Positions 41,681-51,952 are shown, numbered from the stretch's first letter. The stretch: 64,000 nucleotides of DNA from Spirochaetia bacterium (GCA_965199955.1 CBDATQ010000001.1:1856001-1920000); one strand, 5' to 3'. The notes: generated by a model from the sequence alone, not told the origin. Program-made: numbers and translations.

Positions 41681-42826
41681 ATGGTGCGTCCCGAAGCCGA
41701 AGCCGAAGTCGCGGCCGCTCCGGGCGGTGCCGCCGAAGAGCTCTCGGTCGCCTCGCAGTGGCAGCTCATGCGCTGGCGCTTCACCCGCCACAAGCTCGCG
41801 GTGGTCGCGCTGGTGTTTCTCGGTCTCATGTACCTGGTGGCCGCCTTCGCCGATTTCGTCGGCCCCTACGATCCGCGCCGCCATGACGCCGCCTTCGTCT
41901 ACGCGCCGCCGACCGCCATCCACTTCGTCGACGAGGAGGGACGCTTCCGGCTGCGCCCGTTCGTCTATCCGTACCGGTCCGAGCTGATCCTGGCGGAGTT
42001 CCGCACCGTCTACTCCGAGGACCGCAGCCGCATGGTGCCGATCCGGCTGTTCGTGCGCGGCGACTCGTACGTGCTGTGGGGCCTGTTCGAGACCGACCTG
42101 CATCTGTTCGGTCTGGACGACCCGGAGGCGCGCATCTTCCTGTTCGGCACCGACCGGCTGGGACGGGATCTGCTCACGCGCATCCTGATCGGCAGCCGCG
42201 TGTCGCTGACCATCGGCCTGGTCGGCATCGCCGTGACCTTCATGCTGGGCATCATCATCGGCGGCGTCTCCGGGTACTTCGGCGGCACGGTCGACCTGGT
42301 CATCCAGCGGGTCATCGAGTTCGTGCAGTCGCTGCCCACGCTGCCGCTGTGGATGGGATTGAGCGCGGCGCTGCCCAAGTGGTGGTCGATCACCATGCGC
42401 TACTTCGCCATCGTGGTGATCCTGTCGCTGATCGACTGGACCGGCCTGGCGCGGGTCGTGCGCGGCAAGTTCATGGCGCTCAAGGAGGAGGACTACGTGG
42501 CCGCGGCGCGCCTCCACGGCGCCAGCCGCAAGCGGATCATCTTCCGGCACCTGCTGCCGGGCTTTCTCAGCCACATCATCGCGTCGCTGACGCTGTCGAT
42601 TCCGTCCATGATCCTGGGTGAGAGCGCGCTGAGCTTCATCGGCCTGGGGCTGCAGGCGCCGGCCATAAGCTGGGGCGTGCTGCTGGCGGAGGCACAGAAG
42701 ACCCACGTGCTGGCGCTGTCGCCGTGGCTGCTGATCCCGGGGCTGTTCATCATCGTCGTGGTGCTGGCGTTCAATTTCGTCGGCGACGGCGTGCGCGACG
42801 CGGCCGACCCGTACGCGCACGTATGA
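41681..42826 (+). CDS. Opp/Dpp-type ABC permease (C subunit)
   Basis: SQWQLMRWRF, FGTDRLGRD, DYVAAARLHGA, GDGVRDAADPY. Confidence 0.93.
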   Translation: MVRPEAEAEVAAAPGGAAEELSVASQWQLMRWRFTRHKLAVVALVFLGLMYLVAAFADFVGPYDPRRHDAAFVYAPPTAIHFVDEEGRFRLRPFVYPYRSELILAEFRTVYSEDRSRMVPIRLFVRGDSYVLWGLFETDLHLFGLDDPEARIFLFGTDRLGRDLLTRILIGSRVSLTIGLVGIAVTFMLGIIIGGVSGYFGGTVDLVIQRVIEFVQSLPTLPLWMGLSAALPKWWSITMRYFAIVVILSLIDWTGLARVVRGKFMALKEEDYVAAARLHGASRKRIIFRHLLPGFLSHIIASLTLSIPSMILGESALSFIGLGLQAPAISWGVLLAEAQKTHVLALSPWLLIPGLFIIVVVLAFNFVGDGVRDAADPYAHV

Positions 42827-43851
42827 GCGGGCCGGATGTGAGCAGCCCGGAGGCCCGGCGTGCCGGCGAGCTGCTGCTGGGCGTGAGCGAGCTGCGCACC
42901 CACTTCGACTCCCGCGAGGGGACGGTGCGCGCCGTGGACGGGGTGAGCTTCGACCTGCACCGCGGCGAGACCCTGGGCATCGCCGGCGAGAGCGGCTGCG
43001 GCAAGAGCGTGACCGCCCAGTCGATCATGCGCCTCGTCCCGCGCAACGGCCGCATCGTCTCCGGCAGCATCGTGCTGCATCGCCCCGGTGGACCGGTCGA
43101 CCTGACCGGCCTGGCGGCCGCCGGGCGGGAGATCCGCGCCATCCGCGGCGCGGAGATATCGCTGGTCTTCCAGGAACCGATGGCCGCCTTCAGCCCGGTG
43201 TACACCATCGGCAACCAGATCACGGAGGTGATCCGCCAGCATCAGCGCTGCTCGGCACGACAGGCACGGCAGCGCGCCGTCGACATGCTGCGGCAGGTCG
43301 GCATGCCGAAGCCCGAGCAGACCATCGACGCCTATCCGTGGGCGGTGTCGGGTGGCATGCGGCAGCGCGCGATGATCGCCATGGCGATGGCCTGCCGGCC
43401 CAGCCTGCTGATCGCCGACGAGCCGACCACGGCGGTGGACGTCACGATTCAGGCACAGGTGCTGGAGCTGATGAAGGCCCTGCAGGCGCAACTTCGGATG
43501 GGGCTGATCATCATCACCCACGACCTGGCCGTGATCGCCGAGCTGTGCGACCGCGTGATGGTGATGTACCTGGGACGCGACGTGGAGTCGGGCCCGGTGG
43601 AGCAGGTGTTCCAGGCGCCGAAGCACCCCTACACCGTGGCGCTGCTGAACTCGGTGCCGACGCTCGGCGAGGGCCACGACCAGCGGATCGAGGCGATCGG
43701 CGGCAGCGTGCCGTCGCCGCTGGCCGCGCCGCCGGGGTGCCCGTTCCATCCCCGCTGCCCGCACGCCAGGGCGGGCGTGTGCGACGGCGTCTATCCGGAG
43801 GCCCGCCCGGTCGGGCCGGAGCACCTGGTGAGCTGCTACCTGTATGACTGA
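42823..43851 (+). CDS. Opp/Dpp-type ABC ATPase (D subunit)
   Basis: [33 protein letters not shown]. Confidence 0.93.
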   Translation: MSGPDVSSPEARRAGELLLGVSELRTHFDSREGTVRAVDGVSFDLHRGETLGIAGESGCGKSVTAQSIMRLVPRNGRIVSGSIVLHRPGGPVDLTGLAAAGREIRAIRGAEISLVFQEPMAAFSPVYTIGNQITEVIRQHQRCSARQARQRAVDMLRQVGMPKPEQTIDAYPWAVSGGMRQRAMIAMAMACRPSLLIADEPTTAVDVTIQAQVLELMKALQAQLRMGLIIITHDLAVIAELCDRVMVMYLGRDVESGPVEQVFQAPKHPYTVALLNSVPTLGEGHDQRIEAIGGSVPSPLAAPPGCPFHPRCPHARAGVCDGVYPEARPVGPEHLVSCYLYD

Positions 43852-44941
43852 GCGCCATGCGAGCGGCGGCACGGCCCCGTCTCGCGCCGATCCCATCCTG
43901 GAGGTGCGCGGCTTGGTCAAGCGCTTTCCGATCACGCGGGGAGTGATGCGCCGCCACGTCGGCGAAGTGCGGGCGGTGGACGGGATCAGCTTCTCCATCC
44001 AGCCGGGCGAGGTGCTGGCGCTGGTGGGGGAGAGCGGCTGCGGCAAGACCACCACCGGCCGCTGCGTGCTGCGTGCGATCGATCCGACCGCGGGCAGCGT
44101 CGTCTACCGCTTCGGCGAGGAGGCACCGCTGGACGTCACCACGCTGAACGAAGGGGATCTCAAGTCGTTCTGGCGGCGTGCCGGCATGGTGTTCCAGGAC
44201 CCGTACTCGTCGCTGAACCCGCGGCTCAACGTGCTGGAGTCGGTCGGCGAGCCGCTGATCACGCACGGCGTGGTCACCTCCCGGCGGGACCTGGAGGCGC
44301 GCGTGACGGCCCTGCTGGAGGACGTGGGGCTGGATGCGCTCTACCTGCGCCGCTATCCGCACGCCTTTTCGGGCGGCCAGCGGCAGCGCATCGCCATCGC
44401 CCGCGCGCTCGCGCTGGGGCCGCGCTTCCTGGTGGCGGACGAGCCGCTGTCGGCCCTGGACGTGTCGGTGCAGGCGCAGGTCCTGGAGCTGATGCAGGAG
44501 CTGCGGCGGCGGCACGACCTGACCTACCTGTTCGTGTCGCACAACCTGGCGGTGGTCGAGTACCTGGCCGACCGGGTGGCGGTGATGTACGTGGGGCGGA
44601 TCGTCGAGCTTGCGCGCACGAAGACGCTGTTCTTCGACCCCAAGCACCCCTACACCGAAGCGCTCCTGTCGGCGGTCCCCTCAGCCGATCTCAAGCGCCG
44701 CGCCCGCACGCGCATCGTGCTGCCCGGCGACGTGGCCGATCCGGCCGATCCGCCGCCGGGGTGCCTGTTCCACCCGCGCTGCCCCTACGCGCAGGCGGAG
44801 TGCTCTGCCGAGGAGCCGCCCCTCGTGGACGTGGGTGACGGCTCGGAGCAGCACCTGGTGTCATGCCACTTCGCCGACACGCTGGACCTGACCGGCATCG
44901 AGCGCGGCGCGCGGCGCGGCGCCTTTCGGCTCGACGTCTGA
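43844..44941 (+). CDS. Opp/Dpp-type ABC ATPase (F subunit)
   Basis: GESGCGKTT, FSGGQRQR, ADEPLSALD, HPYT, GCLFHPRC. Confidence 0.93.
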   Translation: MTERHASGGTAPSRADPILEVRGLVKRFPITRGVMRRHVGEVRAVDGISFSIQPGEVLALVGESGCGKTTTGRCVLRAIDPTAGSVVYRFGEEAPLDVTTLNEGDLKSFWRRAGMVFQDPYSSLNPRLNVLESVGEPLITHGVVTSRRDLEARVTALLEDVGLDALYLRRYPHAFSGGQRQRIAIARALALGPRFLVADEPLSALDVSVQAQVLELMQELRRRHDLTYLFVSHNLAVVEYLADRVAVMYVGRIVELARTKTLFFDPKHPYTEALLSAVPSADLKRRARTRIVLPGDVADPADPPPGCLFHPRCPYAQAECSAEEPPLVDVGDGSEQHLVSCHFADTLDLTGIERGARRGAFRLDV

Positions 44942-44984
44942 CGCGCCGTCCGAACGGTTCGCGGGCTGGTAGACTCTGCGGCGC

Positions 44985-45149
44985 ATGGCGGACGCTGCCG
45001 GCATCGACGTCCTCGCGCTGGACGGGTATCTGGGCGAGCGCGTACGCGCCCTCTGGGAAGGCAATCTCAACCGGCTGGATTGGGAACGGGACTTCCTGCT
45101 GGACGTCGAGGTCCCGGCGGTGGGAACCCCGCCGGCGCCGGGAGCATAG
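44985..45149 (+). pseudogene. 54-aa mini-ORF, probably an internally deleted gene (GH127-like N-terminus?)
   Basis: MADAAGIDVLALDGYLGERVRALWEGNLNRLDWERDFLLDVEVPAVGTPPAPGA*, with GC-rich third positions and a TGGTAGACT box upstream. Its stop abuts the RBS of the next gene. Confidence 0.45.
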
Positions 45150-45162
45150 GAGGACACGTGCG

Positions 45163-46041
45163 ATGGGCGTATTGAGCGAGGCGGATCTGACCTTCTTCCG
45201 CGAGGAGGGCTACGTGATAGTGCCCGAGGCGGTGCCGCCTGCGAACCTGCAGGCGGTCATCGACGTGATCTGGGACTTCCTCGGGGCGGACCCCGATGAC
45301 CCGGAGAGCTGGTACCGGATCCCGCCGCGCGAGACCACCGGCAACGTGGGGCCGCTTTCGCAGTCCGGGATGGTGGAGGTCTACCATCACCAGGCGCTGT
45401 GGGACAATCGCCAGCACCCGCGCGTGTACCAGGCGTTCGTCGACATCTGGGGCACGCCGCATCTCCAGGTGAGCCTGGATCGGGCCAACATGAAGCCGCC
45501 GGTGCGGGAGGACGACCCGGCGTGGCAGCATCCCGGGTTCATTCACTGGGACCTCGAAACCGACCTGGACCCCGTGCCGTTCCGGGTGCAGGGCGTGCTG
45601 TACCTGACCGACACCTCCGCCGACCAGGGCGGCTTCCAGTGCGTGCCCGGCTTTCCCGCGCGCTTCCCGGAGTGGGTGCGCATGCAGCCCGCCGACCGCG
45701 ATCCTCGCGTTCCTGACCTCACCGGACTGGAGGTGCGCTCGATCCCCGGCCGCGCCGGAGACCTCCTCATCTGGAACTCGCTGCTCCCGCACGGCAATGG
45801 CCGCAACACCTCAGACCGCCCGCGTCTGGCGCAGTACATCACCATGAGCCCGGCGCGCCCGGACGACGAGGAGCAACGCCGGGAGCGCATCACCGCTTGG
45901 CGCACCCGGAAGCCGGCCACGGGCTGGCCCGGCGACCCGCGCGGCTGGGAGCTCCGGCAGCCGGGACCGGCGACGCTGACCGAGCTGGGACGCCGGCTGC
46001 TGGGCCTGGACCCGTGGCCCGGCGCCGACGCGAGCGGCTGA
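45163..46041 (+). CDS. PhyH-family Fe(II)/2-oxoglutarate dioxygenase
   Basis: FFREEGYV, IHWD, GGFQCVPGF, LPHGNGRN; AGGAGG RBS. Confidence 0.9.
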   Translation: MGVLSEADLTFFREEGYVIVPEAVPPANLQAVIDVIWDFLGADPDDPESWYRIPPRETTGNVGPLSQSGMVEVYHHQALWDNRQHPRVYQAFVDIWGTPHLQVSLDRANMKPPVREDDPAWQHPGFIHWDLETDLDPVPFRVQGVLYLTDTSADQGGFQCVPGFPARFPEWVRMQPADRDPRVPDLTGLEVRSIPGRAGDLLIWNSLLPHGNGRNTSDRPRLAQYITMSPARPDDEEQRRERITAWRTRKPATGWPGDPRGWELRQPGPATLTELGRRLLGLDPWPGADASG

Positions 46042-46058
46042 CCGGAAGGACGACACAC

Positions 46059-47489
46059 ATGGCCCGCCAGCCGAACATTCTGCTGTTCATCAGCGACCAG
46101 CAGCGCACCGACACCATGGCCTGCTACGGCAACCCGTGGATCCGCTCCCCTCACCAGGACGCGCTGGCCGCGCGCAGTTTCCTGTTCGAGCACACCTACG
46201 TCACCCAGCCGGTCTGCACGCCGGCGCGCGGCTCGCTGGTCACCGGCCTCTACCCGCACACCCACGGCTGCCTGGTGAACCGGGACAAACTGGCCGACCG
46301 GATCGCGTCCCTGGCCGAGATGCTGCCGGACGAATACCGCACGGCCCACTTCGGCAAGTGGCACCTGGGCGACGACTCGTTGCGCCAGCACGGCTTCGAC
46401 GAGTGGGTGAGCACCGAGGACGACCACCGCGACCGCTACACGCGGCCCGGTCTGCCGTTCTCCAGCTACTACCACTGGATGCGCGAGCAGGGCATCGAAC
46501 CGGAAGACCGCTCCGCATCCGGCGAGCTGATCTTCTCGCCCGCGCAACGTTCCACGCTGGGACCCGAGCACCAGATGGCGGCCTTCGTGGCCGGCCATGC
46601 CGAGCGCTTCATCCGCGCCAACACCGAACGCCCCTGGCTGCTGGTATTCAGCACCTTCGAGCCGCACCCGCCCCACCACGGCCCCTACGACGGCATGTAC
46701 GACGCAGCGGCCATCCCCGACCGCCCGACCTTCCGCTCGTCTCCCGAGGGTCACTCGCTGTTCAACCGCTCACGCGCCGGCCATCACCCCAATCCGCGGG
46801 CGTCCGACGAATCGTGGCGGGACGACGCGGACCTGCGTGCGCAGCGCGCCAACTACTACGGCAACGTCAGGATCATCGACGACGCCGTGGGGCGGATGGT
46901 GAGCGTCCTGGAGGAGAGCGGGCAGATGGAGCGCACCGTCTTCGCCTTCACCAGCGACCACGGCGAGATGCTCGGCGACCACCGCATGATGGGCAAGCGC
47001 GCGTTCTACGAGGAGTCGGCGCGGGTGCCGTTCCTGCTGTCGGTGCCGTGGCTGACGCGGACGCAGCGGCGTATCGACGGCGTATCAGGCCACGTCGACC
47101 TGGTGCCGACGCTGCTGGACCTGGCGGGCGTGCCGTGGCCCGAGACGCTTCCAGGCCGCAGCCTGGCGGGCGCCCTCACCGGCGAACTCGACCTGCGGCA
47201 GCACGCCGCGTTCATGGAGTGGAACGGCGTCGGCGACCGCGACCTGGGCAACCCGGTCACCAACCTGATGGCCACGCTGCCGTGGCGGAGCATCGTCACC
47301 GGCGACCGCTGGAAGCTGAACCTGTGCGCCGGCGACCAGTCGGAGCTGTTCGACCTGAACGACGACCCGTTCGAGCAGACGAACCGCTTCGACGATCCGG
47401 CGCAGCGCGACCGGGTCCGCGAGCTGGCGGCGCGCATCCGCCTGTGGCAGTTGGAGACCGGCGACGACGCGCCGCTCCCCGCCATGTGA
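46059..47489 (+). CDS. Formylglycine-dependent sulfatase
   Basis: PNILLFISDQQR, CTPARGSLVTG (CxPxR), GKWHLG, PHPP, SDHGEM. Confidence 0.95.
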   Translation: MARQPNILLFISDQQRTDTMACYGNPWIRSPHQDALAARSFLFEHTYVTQPVCTPARGSLVTGLYPHTHGCLVNRDKLADRIASLAEMLPDEYRTAHFGKWHLGDDSLRQHGFDEWVSTEDDHRDRYTRPGLPFSSYYHWMREQGIEPEDRSASGELIFSPAQRSTLGPEHQMAAFVAGHAERFIRANTERPWLLVFSTFEPHPPHHGPYDGMYDAAAIPDRPTFRSSPEGHSLFNRSRAGHHPNPRASDESWRDDADLRAQRANYYGNVRIIDDAVGRMVSVLEESGQMERTVFAFTSDHGEMLGDHRMMGKRAFYEESARVPFLLSVPWLTRTQRRIDGVSGHVDLVPTLLDLAGVPWPETLPGRSLAGALTGELDLRQHAAFMEWNGVGDRDLGNPVTNLMATLPWRSIVTGDRWKLNLCAGDQSELFDLNDDPFEQTNRFDDPAQRDRVRELAARIRLWQLETGDDAPLPAM

Positions 47490-47551
47490 CCGCTCACCCA
47501 AGCGGGAGTTCGTGTCACCGGGACGACGCTGGTCATGCCGCCGGGCGGCGA

Positions 47552-47776
47552 TCAATGCCCTCGGGCGTCGAACACCTCTGTCACGCTCTGCGCGTCCAGC
47601 AGCGCATCGAACCAGACATCGATCTCCGCCGCCGACCCGACCGCCACCCGTGCCCGAGCGCTCTCCGGAATGGGACCGAATCGCCGCTGCAGAAGACGAA
47701 GCAGCGTCTCGGCCTTGCCCTCGGCTCTACCCTCGGCCTTGGCCTCACGCACCCATGTTTCCGCGACGGTTGACAT
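47552..47776 (-). CDS. Putative nested in-frame small Rpn (RpnS antitoxin, 74 aa)
   Basis: Internal GGAGG 5 nt upstream of in-frame ATG 47776 (MSTVAETW...). Confidence 0.6.
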   Translation of the reverse strand: MSTVAETWVREAKAEGRAEGKAETLLRLLQRRFGPIPESARARVAVGSAAEIDVWFDALLDAQSVTEVFDARGH

Positions 47777-48295
47777 CAGCGCCTCCCAGCGTTCCGGCTT
47801 CGCCGCCCGCGCCGCCGTCTCCAGCACCGTGGGCGTCAGTTCGTAGGTCCTCACGATATACGAGAGCACCTGCACGCAGCACAGCCGGCGCGCAAACGCC
47901 GCCAACTCACCGTCGCCCGCGATCATCTCCGCCACCGGCGGCAGCGCCCGCAGGCGCGATGCACGGCCCTCGGCATGGCGCTGCCAGATACGCACCATGT
48001 AGCCGAGCATCTGAAGCGGCGTGCCCGGATCGGGCGCCGCCTTGTGCTCCAGCAGGACGTAGACGAAGACGGTGCCGCCGCTCTTCAGGCGCGCCTCAAA
48101 CAGCCGGTCGCTGTGGCTCCGGTGCAGTACGGTATCCACGAAGCTCGCATCGACCAGGCGGATCGGCGCGTCCGACAGTTCCGCGGCGACGGCGGGAGGC
48201 AGATACTCGCGTACCAGCGTCTCGGCCCGTCCGGGGTCTGCGAGCAACGCACGGAACAGCGCATCATGTGGCGCGGCAGGTGGAAGATCGGGCAT
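47552..48295 (-). CDS. Rpn/YhgA-like PD-(D/E)XK nuclease with internal deletions and DUF4351-like C-terminus
   Basis: PHDALF, SFVD, SDRLF, LLEHK, QMLGYM, LPPV; C-terminal AEGRAEGKAETLLRLLQRRFG. Confidence 0.85.
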   Translation of the reverse strand: MPDLPPAAPHDALFRALLADPGRAETLVREYLPPAVAAELSDAPIRLVDASFVDTVLHRSHSDRLFEARLKSGGTVFVYVLLEHKAAPDPGTPLQMLGYMVRIWQRHAEGRASRLRALPPVAEMIAGDGELAAFARRLCCVQVLSYIVRTYELTPTVLETAARAAKPERWEALMSTVAETWVREAKAEGRAEGKAETLLRLLQRRFGPIPESARARVAVGSAAEIDVWFDALLDAQSVTEVFDARGH

Positions 48296-48391
48296 CGGCT
48301 CCGGGTCGAAGATACTCTGTGGAGGCCTGACAAGGCGGCGGTAGTGCCGTCGGGATCAGGGCAGCCGTACAGCCGGCCGAGCGCCTTTCGT

Positions 48392-48817
48392 TCACTCATC
48401 GTCGTCCGGCCGCGTGCCGCGCTGCCGCTTGATGGCGCCACGCTGTGCCTTTTCCTGCAAGCGCCGTTCGTGGGCGGCGCGGCTTGGGCGGGTAGGGCGC
48501 CTTTGCCGGGGCTCCTGCATCGCCCGTGCGATGAGCGCGGCCAGCCGTGCGCGCGCATCGCGGCGGTTTGCCTCCTGGGTGCGGAAGCGGCGCGCCGTGA
48601 TGAGCACCGCGCCGTCGGCGGTCAATCTCGACCCGGCCGCATGGAGCAGGCGCTCACGCACCTCCGGGGACAGCGCCCGCGAGCCCGCCGCGTCGAAGCG
48701 GAGCTGTACCGCCGTGGCCACCTTGTTCACGTTCTGGCCGCCCGGCCCGCTGGCCTGGATGAAGCGCTCGTCCAGCTCTTCGTCGGGGATGGCGAGGTCC
48801 GGCGTGATGTCCATCAC
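48392..48817 (-). CDS. arfB: Alternative ribosome-rescue peptidyl-tRNA hydrolase
   Basis: ASGPGGQNVNKVATAV, RTQEANR and basic tail RRPTRPS...KRQR. Confidence 0.95.
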   Translation of the reverse strand: MMDITPDLAIPDEELDERFIQASGPGGQNVNKVATAVQLRFDAAGSRALSPEVRERLLHAAGSRLTADGAVLITARRFRTQEANRRDARARLAALIARAMQEPRQRRPTRPSRAAHERRLQEKAQRGAIKRQRGTRPDDDE

Positions 48818-48826
48818 GTCCCGGAG

Positions 48827-49732
48827 CTACGCGGCCGGAGCGGACCGCTCGCCGGCGTCGTCGAGCCGCCGCTTTGCCTCGGCAAGGGTGTCCTCCGGCA
48901 GCGGACCGCGTAGCACGGCGGCCACGTTCTCCTGCAGGTGCGCGGGCCGGGTGGTGCCGACGATGATGGTGTGGGCGTGCGGGTGGCTCAACGTGTAGCG
49001 AAGCACGAACGCCGAGCGGCTCTTGCCGGCTTCGCGCAGCTCGTCGAGGCCGGCGCGTTCGAAGACCGCCCAGCGATCTGCCGACCCGCGTCCGCTGCCC
49101 GGCTCGCCTTGCGCCACGCCGCCGCGGATGACGATGCCCACACCGGCCTCGCCCGCGCGGGTGATCCACTCCTCGTGCGCTCGCTCCAGAGCGGAGTAGG
49201 GGATCTGCATCACGTCGAACACGCCCCACTCCAGGTAGGTGGGCAGATCCGGCAGCATGGTGGAGACGCCGATGAAGCGCACCTGTCCGTTGCGGCGCAT
49301 CTCCTGCAGGGCGTCGACCAGGCCGCCGGCTTCGCACTCGGCGACGCCGGGGTTGTGGAGCTGCATCACGTCGACGCTGTCGCGGCCCAGGCGCTTGAGG
49401 CTGATCTCCAGGCCACGAAACAGGTTGTCGCGCGTCCACTCGTGCGTGGACGCATTCAGTCCGGGCAGCGTGTCGGTGCAGCCGCACTTGGTGGCCAGGA
49501 TGAACTCGCCATACCTGCTGCCCAGAGAGGCGCCGATGCGGCGCTCGGCCTCGGCGTAGTCGTACGCGGTATCGATGAAGTTGATGCCCGCGTCCAGCAC
49601 CCGGTTGAGCTGCCGGTCCGCGGTCTCATCGGTCCAGTGCGGCCTGTCGGGGCCGGCCAGGGCGGTGCCGAAGCCGAGCCGCGTCACGGTCAGGCCGGTG
49701 TCGCCGAAGGCAGCAGCGGGGAGAGCATCCAT
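48827..49732 (-). CDS. Aldo/keto reductase
   Basis: GLTVTRLGFG, GINFIDTAYDY, LATKCG, SLKRLG, QLHN, IGVS. Confidence 0.93.
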   Translation of the reverse strand: MDALPAAAFGDTGLTVTRLGFGTALAGPDRPHWTDETADRQLNRVLDAGINFIDTAYDYAEAERRIGASLGSRYGEFILATKCGCTDTLPGLNASTHEWTRDNLFRGLEISLKRLGRDSVDVMQLHNPGVAECEAGGLVDALQEMRRNGQVRFIGVSTMLPDLPTYLEWGVFDVMQIPYSALERAHEEWITRAGEAGVGIVIRGGVAQGEPGSGRGSADRWAVFERAGLDELREAGKSRSAFVLRYTLSHPHAHTIIVGTTRPAHLQENVAAVLRGPLPEDTLAEAKRRLDDAGERSAPAA

Positions 49733-49738
49733 GCATCC

Positions 49739-49744
49739 ATGATA
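49739..49744 (-). promoter_or_regulatory. -10 box TATCAT 6 nt before ATG 49732
   Basis: TATCAT-GGATGC-ATG. Confidence 0.55.
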
Positions 49745-49960
49745 CGCTACTGTGTATGTCCAGTGCCCAGTCGCCCACAGCATGGGCCCGGCTACCCACC
49801 CGACCGCACGGCGGGTTTCGCCCTGCCGGTGCGGGGAGGCGACGCCGATGACTGATCACGTATCGTCGCTGGGATCGCGTCCGCCCAAGCCGGTCCAAGA
49901 TCAGGGACGCCGCTGACCGTCATTACATCCAGAGAAGCGTAAGTAGCACCCTCCGCTCGT

Positions 49961-50164
49961 TTCAACCGCGCGCAACGCCGCCGGCGCTCGGGCCGCCTGT
50001 TCGCGATGCGGACGGACGACGGACTGGTCGTCAGCCGCCTCCGCAAGGATCCGGGCGGCGACTGGCTCCTATGCGGCGACCAGCCTGACCGCGAGCCGCG
50101 ACCGTGGCCGGCGAGCGCCGAGATCCTCGGGCAGGTTCGGTGGGCGACGAGGACGTTCGATTAG
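49961..50164 (+). pseudogene. C-terminal remnant of an S24 (LexA/CI-like) peptidase-domain regulator
   Basis: RRRRSGRLFAMRTDDGLVVSRLRKDPGGDWLLCGDQPDREPRPWPASAEILGQVRW...*; no N-terminal HTH or Ser motif. Confidence 0.7.
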
Positions 50165-50249
50165 ACGTAGCGAAAGTCCCTCCTCTTGAAGGCGCTCTCT
50201 TGAACGGCTCAACGCCACGGTTCATCATGCCGTCATAGGAGGTGGTCCA

Positions 50250-51911
50250 ATGAAAAAGCTGACCACGTTCGTTCTTGCGCTGATGGTTCTGCCGGTGCTC
50301 GGGCTGATGGCGGCCGGCCAGCAGGTCGCTACCACGGCGGAGCCGATGGAGATCTCCTGGTTCGGGCTCTACGGGGCCGAGATCCAGGACGGCAACGAGG
50401 TGCAGCAGCACCTGGAGGAGCTGTTCGACGTCACGCTCGTCAACAAGCAGATCGACTACAAGGATCGGGAGAAGATCAATCTCATGATCGCTTCCGGCGA
50501 GCACACCGACTACACGTACGCCTTCGTGAACATGGTCGACTTCTTCACGAAGGGAGCCTTCCGCAGCATCCCGCAGGACATGATCCGCGAGCATGCGCCC
50601 GGCTACACCGCGTGGCTGGACGCCAGCGGACCGGTGGCATGGCACCTGGGTCTGGTGCCCGGATCGGAGGACGAGTACATGGGGCTGGTGCGGGCGCTGG
50701 ACTACAAGGTCGGCACCACCTACGAGCCGTTCTTCCGGCTGGACTACCTGGAGGCGGTCGGCGTCGAGGTTCCGGGGCTGATTGCGGTCGGCGCCCGCCA
50801 CTGCGAAGGTGCCTGTTTCTGGACCAAGGAGGCGTTCACAGCCGATCAGGTGGAGGAGATCCTGTACCTGTTCCGCGACGGCGACCCTTCGGGCGGCGTG
50901 CACGACGTGATTCCGCTGGGCGTCTCCAACGAATCCAATGCCTTCGGGCTGCACTACATCTTCTCCCTGCACGGCATCAACGGCGTCGACAACTACGACG
51001 ACGGCGGCACGACCGTGAAGCAGGCCGTGCACTCCCAGTTCCGGGAGGCGCTGAAGACGGCGCAGCGCTGGTTCCAGGATGGGCTGATGGACTCGGAGCT
51101 GCCGGCGGTGAACCGCAAGCCGACGATGTACGACAAGATCATCGCCGGCATCTACGGCACCTACACCTTCGCCTACGGCAACATCGGGCTGAGCGGCGAT
51201 CCGAGCCGCGACCACGAGATCCCGCAATCGATCATCGCCCGCTACCCGGACGCCAGGGTGGTGGTGACGCCGCCCACCATCGGCTACGACGGCAAGCAGT
51301 ACGCGGCCGCCGCAGTCGCCGCGTTCCCGATCGACGCCAACGGCATCAGCGCCGTGCACGTCGGCGTTTCGGATGAGAAGCTGGCCAAGATTCTGCAGAT
51401 CTACGATTACGTCAATTTCGACGAGTACGGGATGCTGTACACGCAGTACGGCACCGAGGGCGTGAACTTCGAGTGGGACGGCGAGGCCGGCAACTCCTAT
51501 CCGACCGCGATCGAAGGTCAGCGCGGGGTCGGCGGCCAGTGGGGTTTCGGCTACTACAACGCCAATACCCGCCACAAGGAGCTGTACAGCCGCTACCAGA
51601 TCCCGGTGCTGAACAAGGAGCTGGAGCAGTACTTCAAGCTCGGTCCCGGCGCCGACTGGGCCGTGCCGCAGTTCCGCCAGGACGTGCTGGGCGAGACCGA
51701 CTACATCGAGCTGTCCTCGAAGCTCCGCGGCGCGCTGAACACGCTCCGCGACGAGTTCACCTGGGAGGCGGTGACCACCGACCTGGACATCGACGCGGCG
51801 TGGGACGCCTACGTGGAGGGCTGGCTGTCCGCGGGCGGGCAGGAGTTGCTGGACGAGCTTGCGAAGATGCCGCAGGTGCTGCCGCTCCGCGAAGGGAAGT
51901 TCGTCTACTGA
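50250..51911 (+). CDS. ABC substrate-binding protein (LplA-like, carbohydrate)
   Basis: AGGAGG RBS, signal peptide, KINLMIASGE, YGTEGVNF, WDAYVEGWLSAGGQE. Confidence 0.88.
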   Translation: MKKLTTFVLALMVLPVLGLMAAGQQVATTAEPMEISWFGLYGAEIQDGNEVQQHLEELFDVTLVNKQIDYKDREKINLMIASGEHTDYTYAFVNMVDFFTKGAFRSIPQDMIREHAPGYTAWLDASGPVAWHLGLVPGSEDEYMGLVRALDYKVGTTYEPFFRLDYLEAVGVEVPGLIAVGARHCEGACFWTKEAFTADQVEEILYLFRDGDPSGGVHDVIPLGVSNESNAFGLHYIFSLHGINGVDNYDDGGTTVKQAVHSQFREALKTAQRWFQDGLMDSELPAVNRKPTMYDKIIAGIYGTYTFAYGNIGLSGDPSRDHEIPQSIIARYPDARVVVTPPTIGYDGKQYAAAAVAAFPIDANGISAVHVGVSDEKLAKILQIYDYVNFDEYGMLYTQYGTEGVNFEWDGEAGNSYPTAIEGQRGVGGQWGFGYYNANTRHKELYSRYQIPVLNKELEQYFKLGPGADWAVPQFRQDVLGETDYIELSSKLRGALNTLRDEFTWEAVTTDLDIDAAWDAYVEGWLSAGGQELLDELAKMPQVLPLREGKFVY

Positions 51912-51952
51912 GCCAAGAACGGTTCCTGACGTGAACCGGAACACCGACACGG

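Noticed and set aside
47700..47750. Short tandem repeats (AEGRAEGKAE)
   Set aside because: Normal coding repeats of the Rpn C-terminus, not CRISPR or VNTR.
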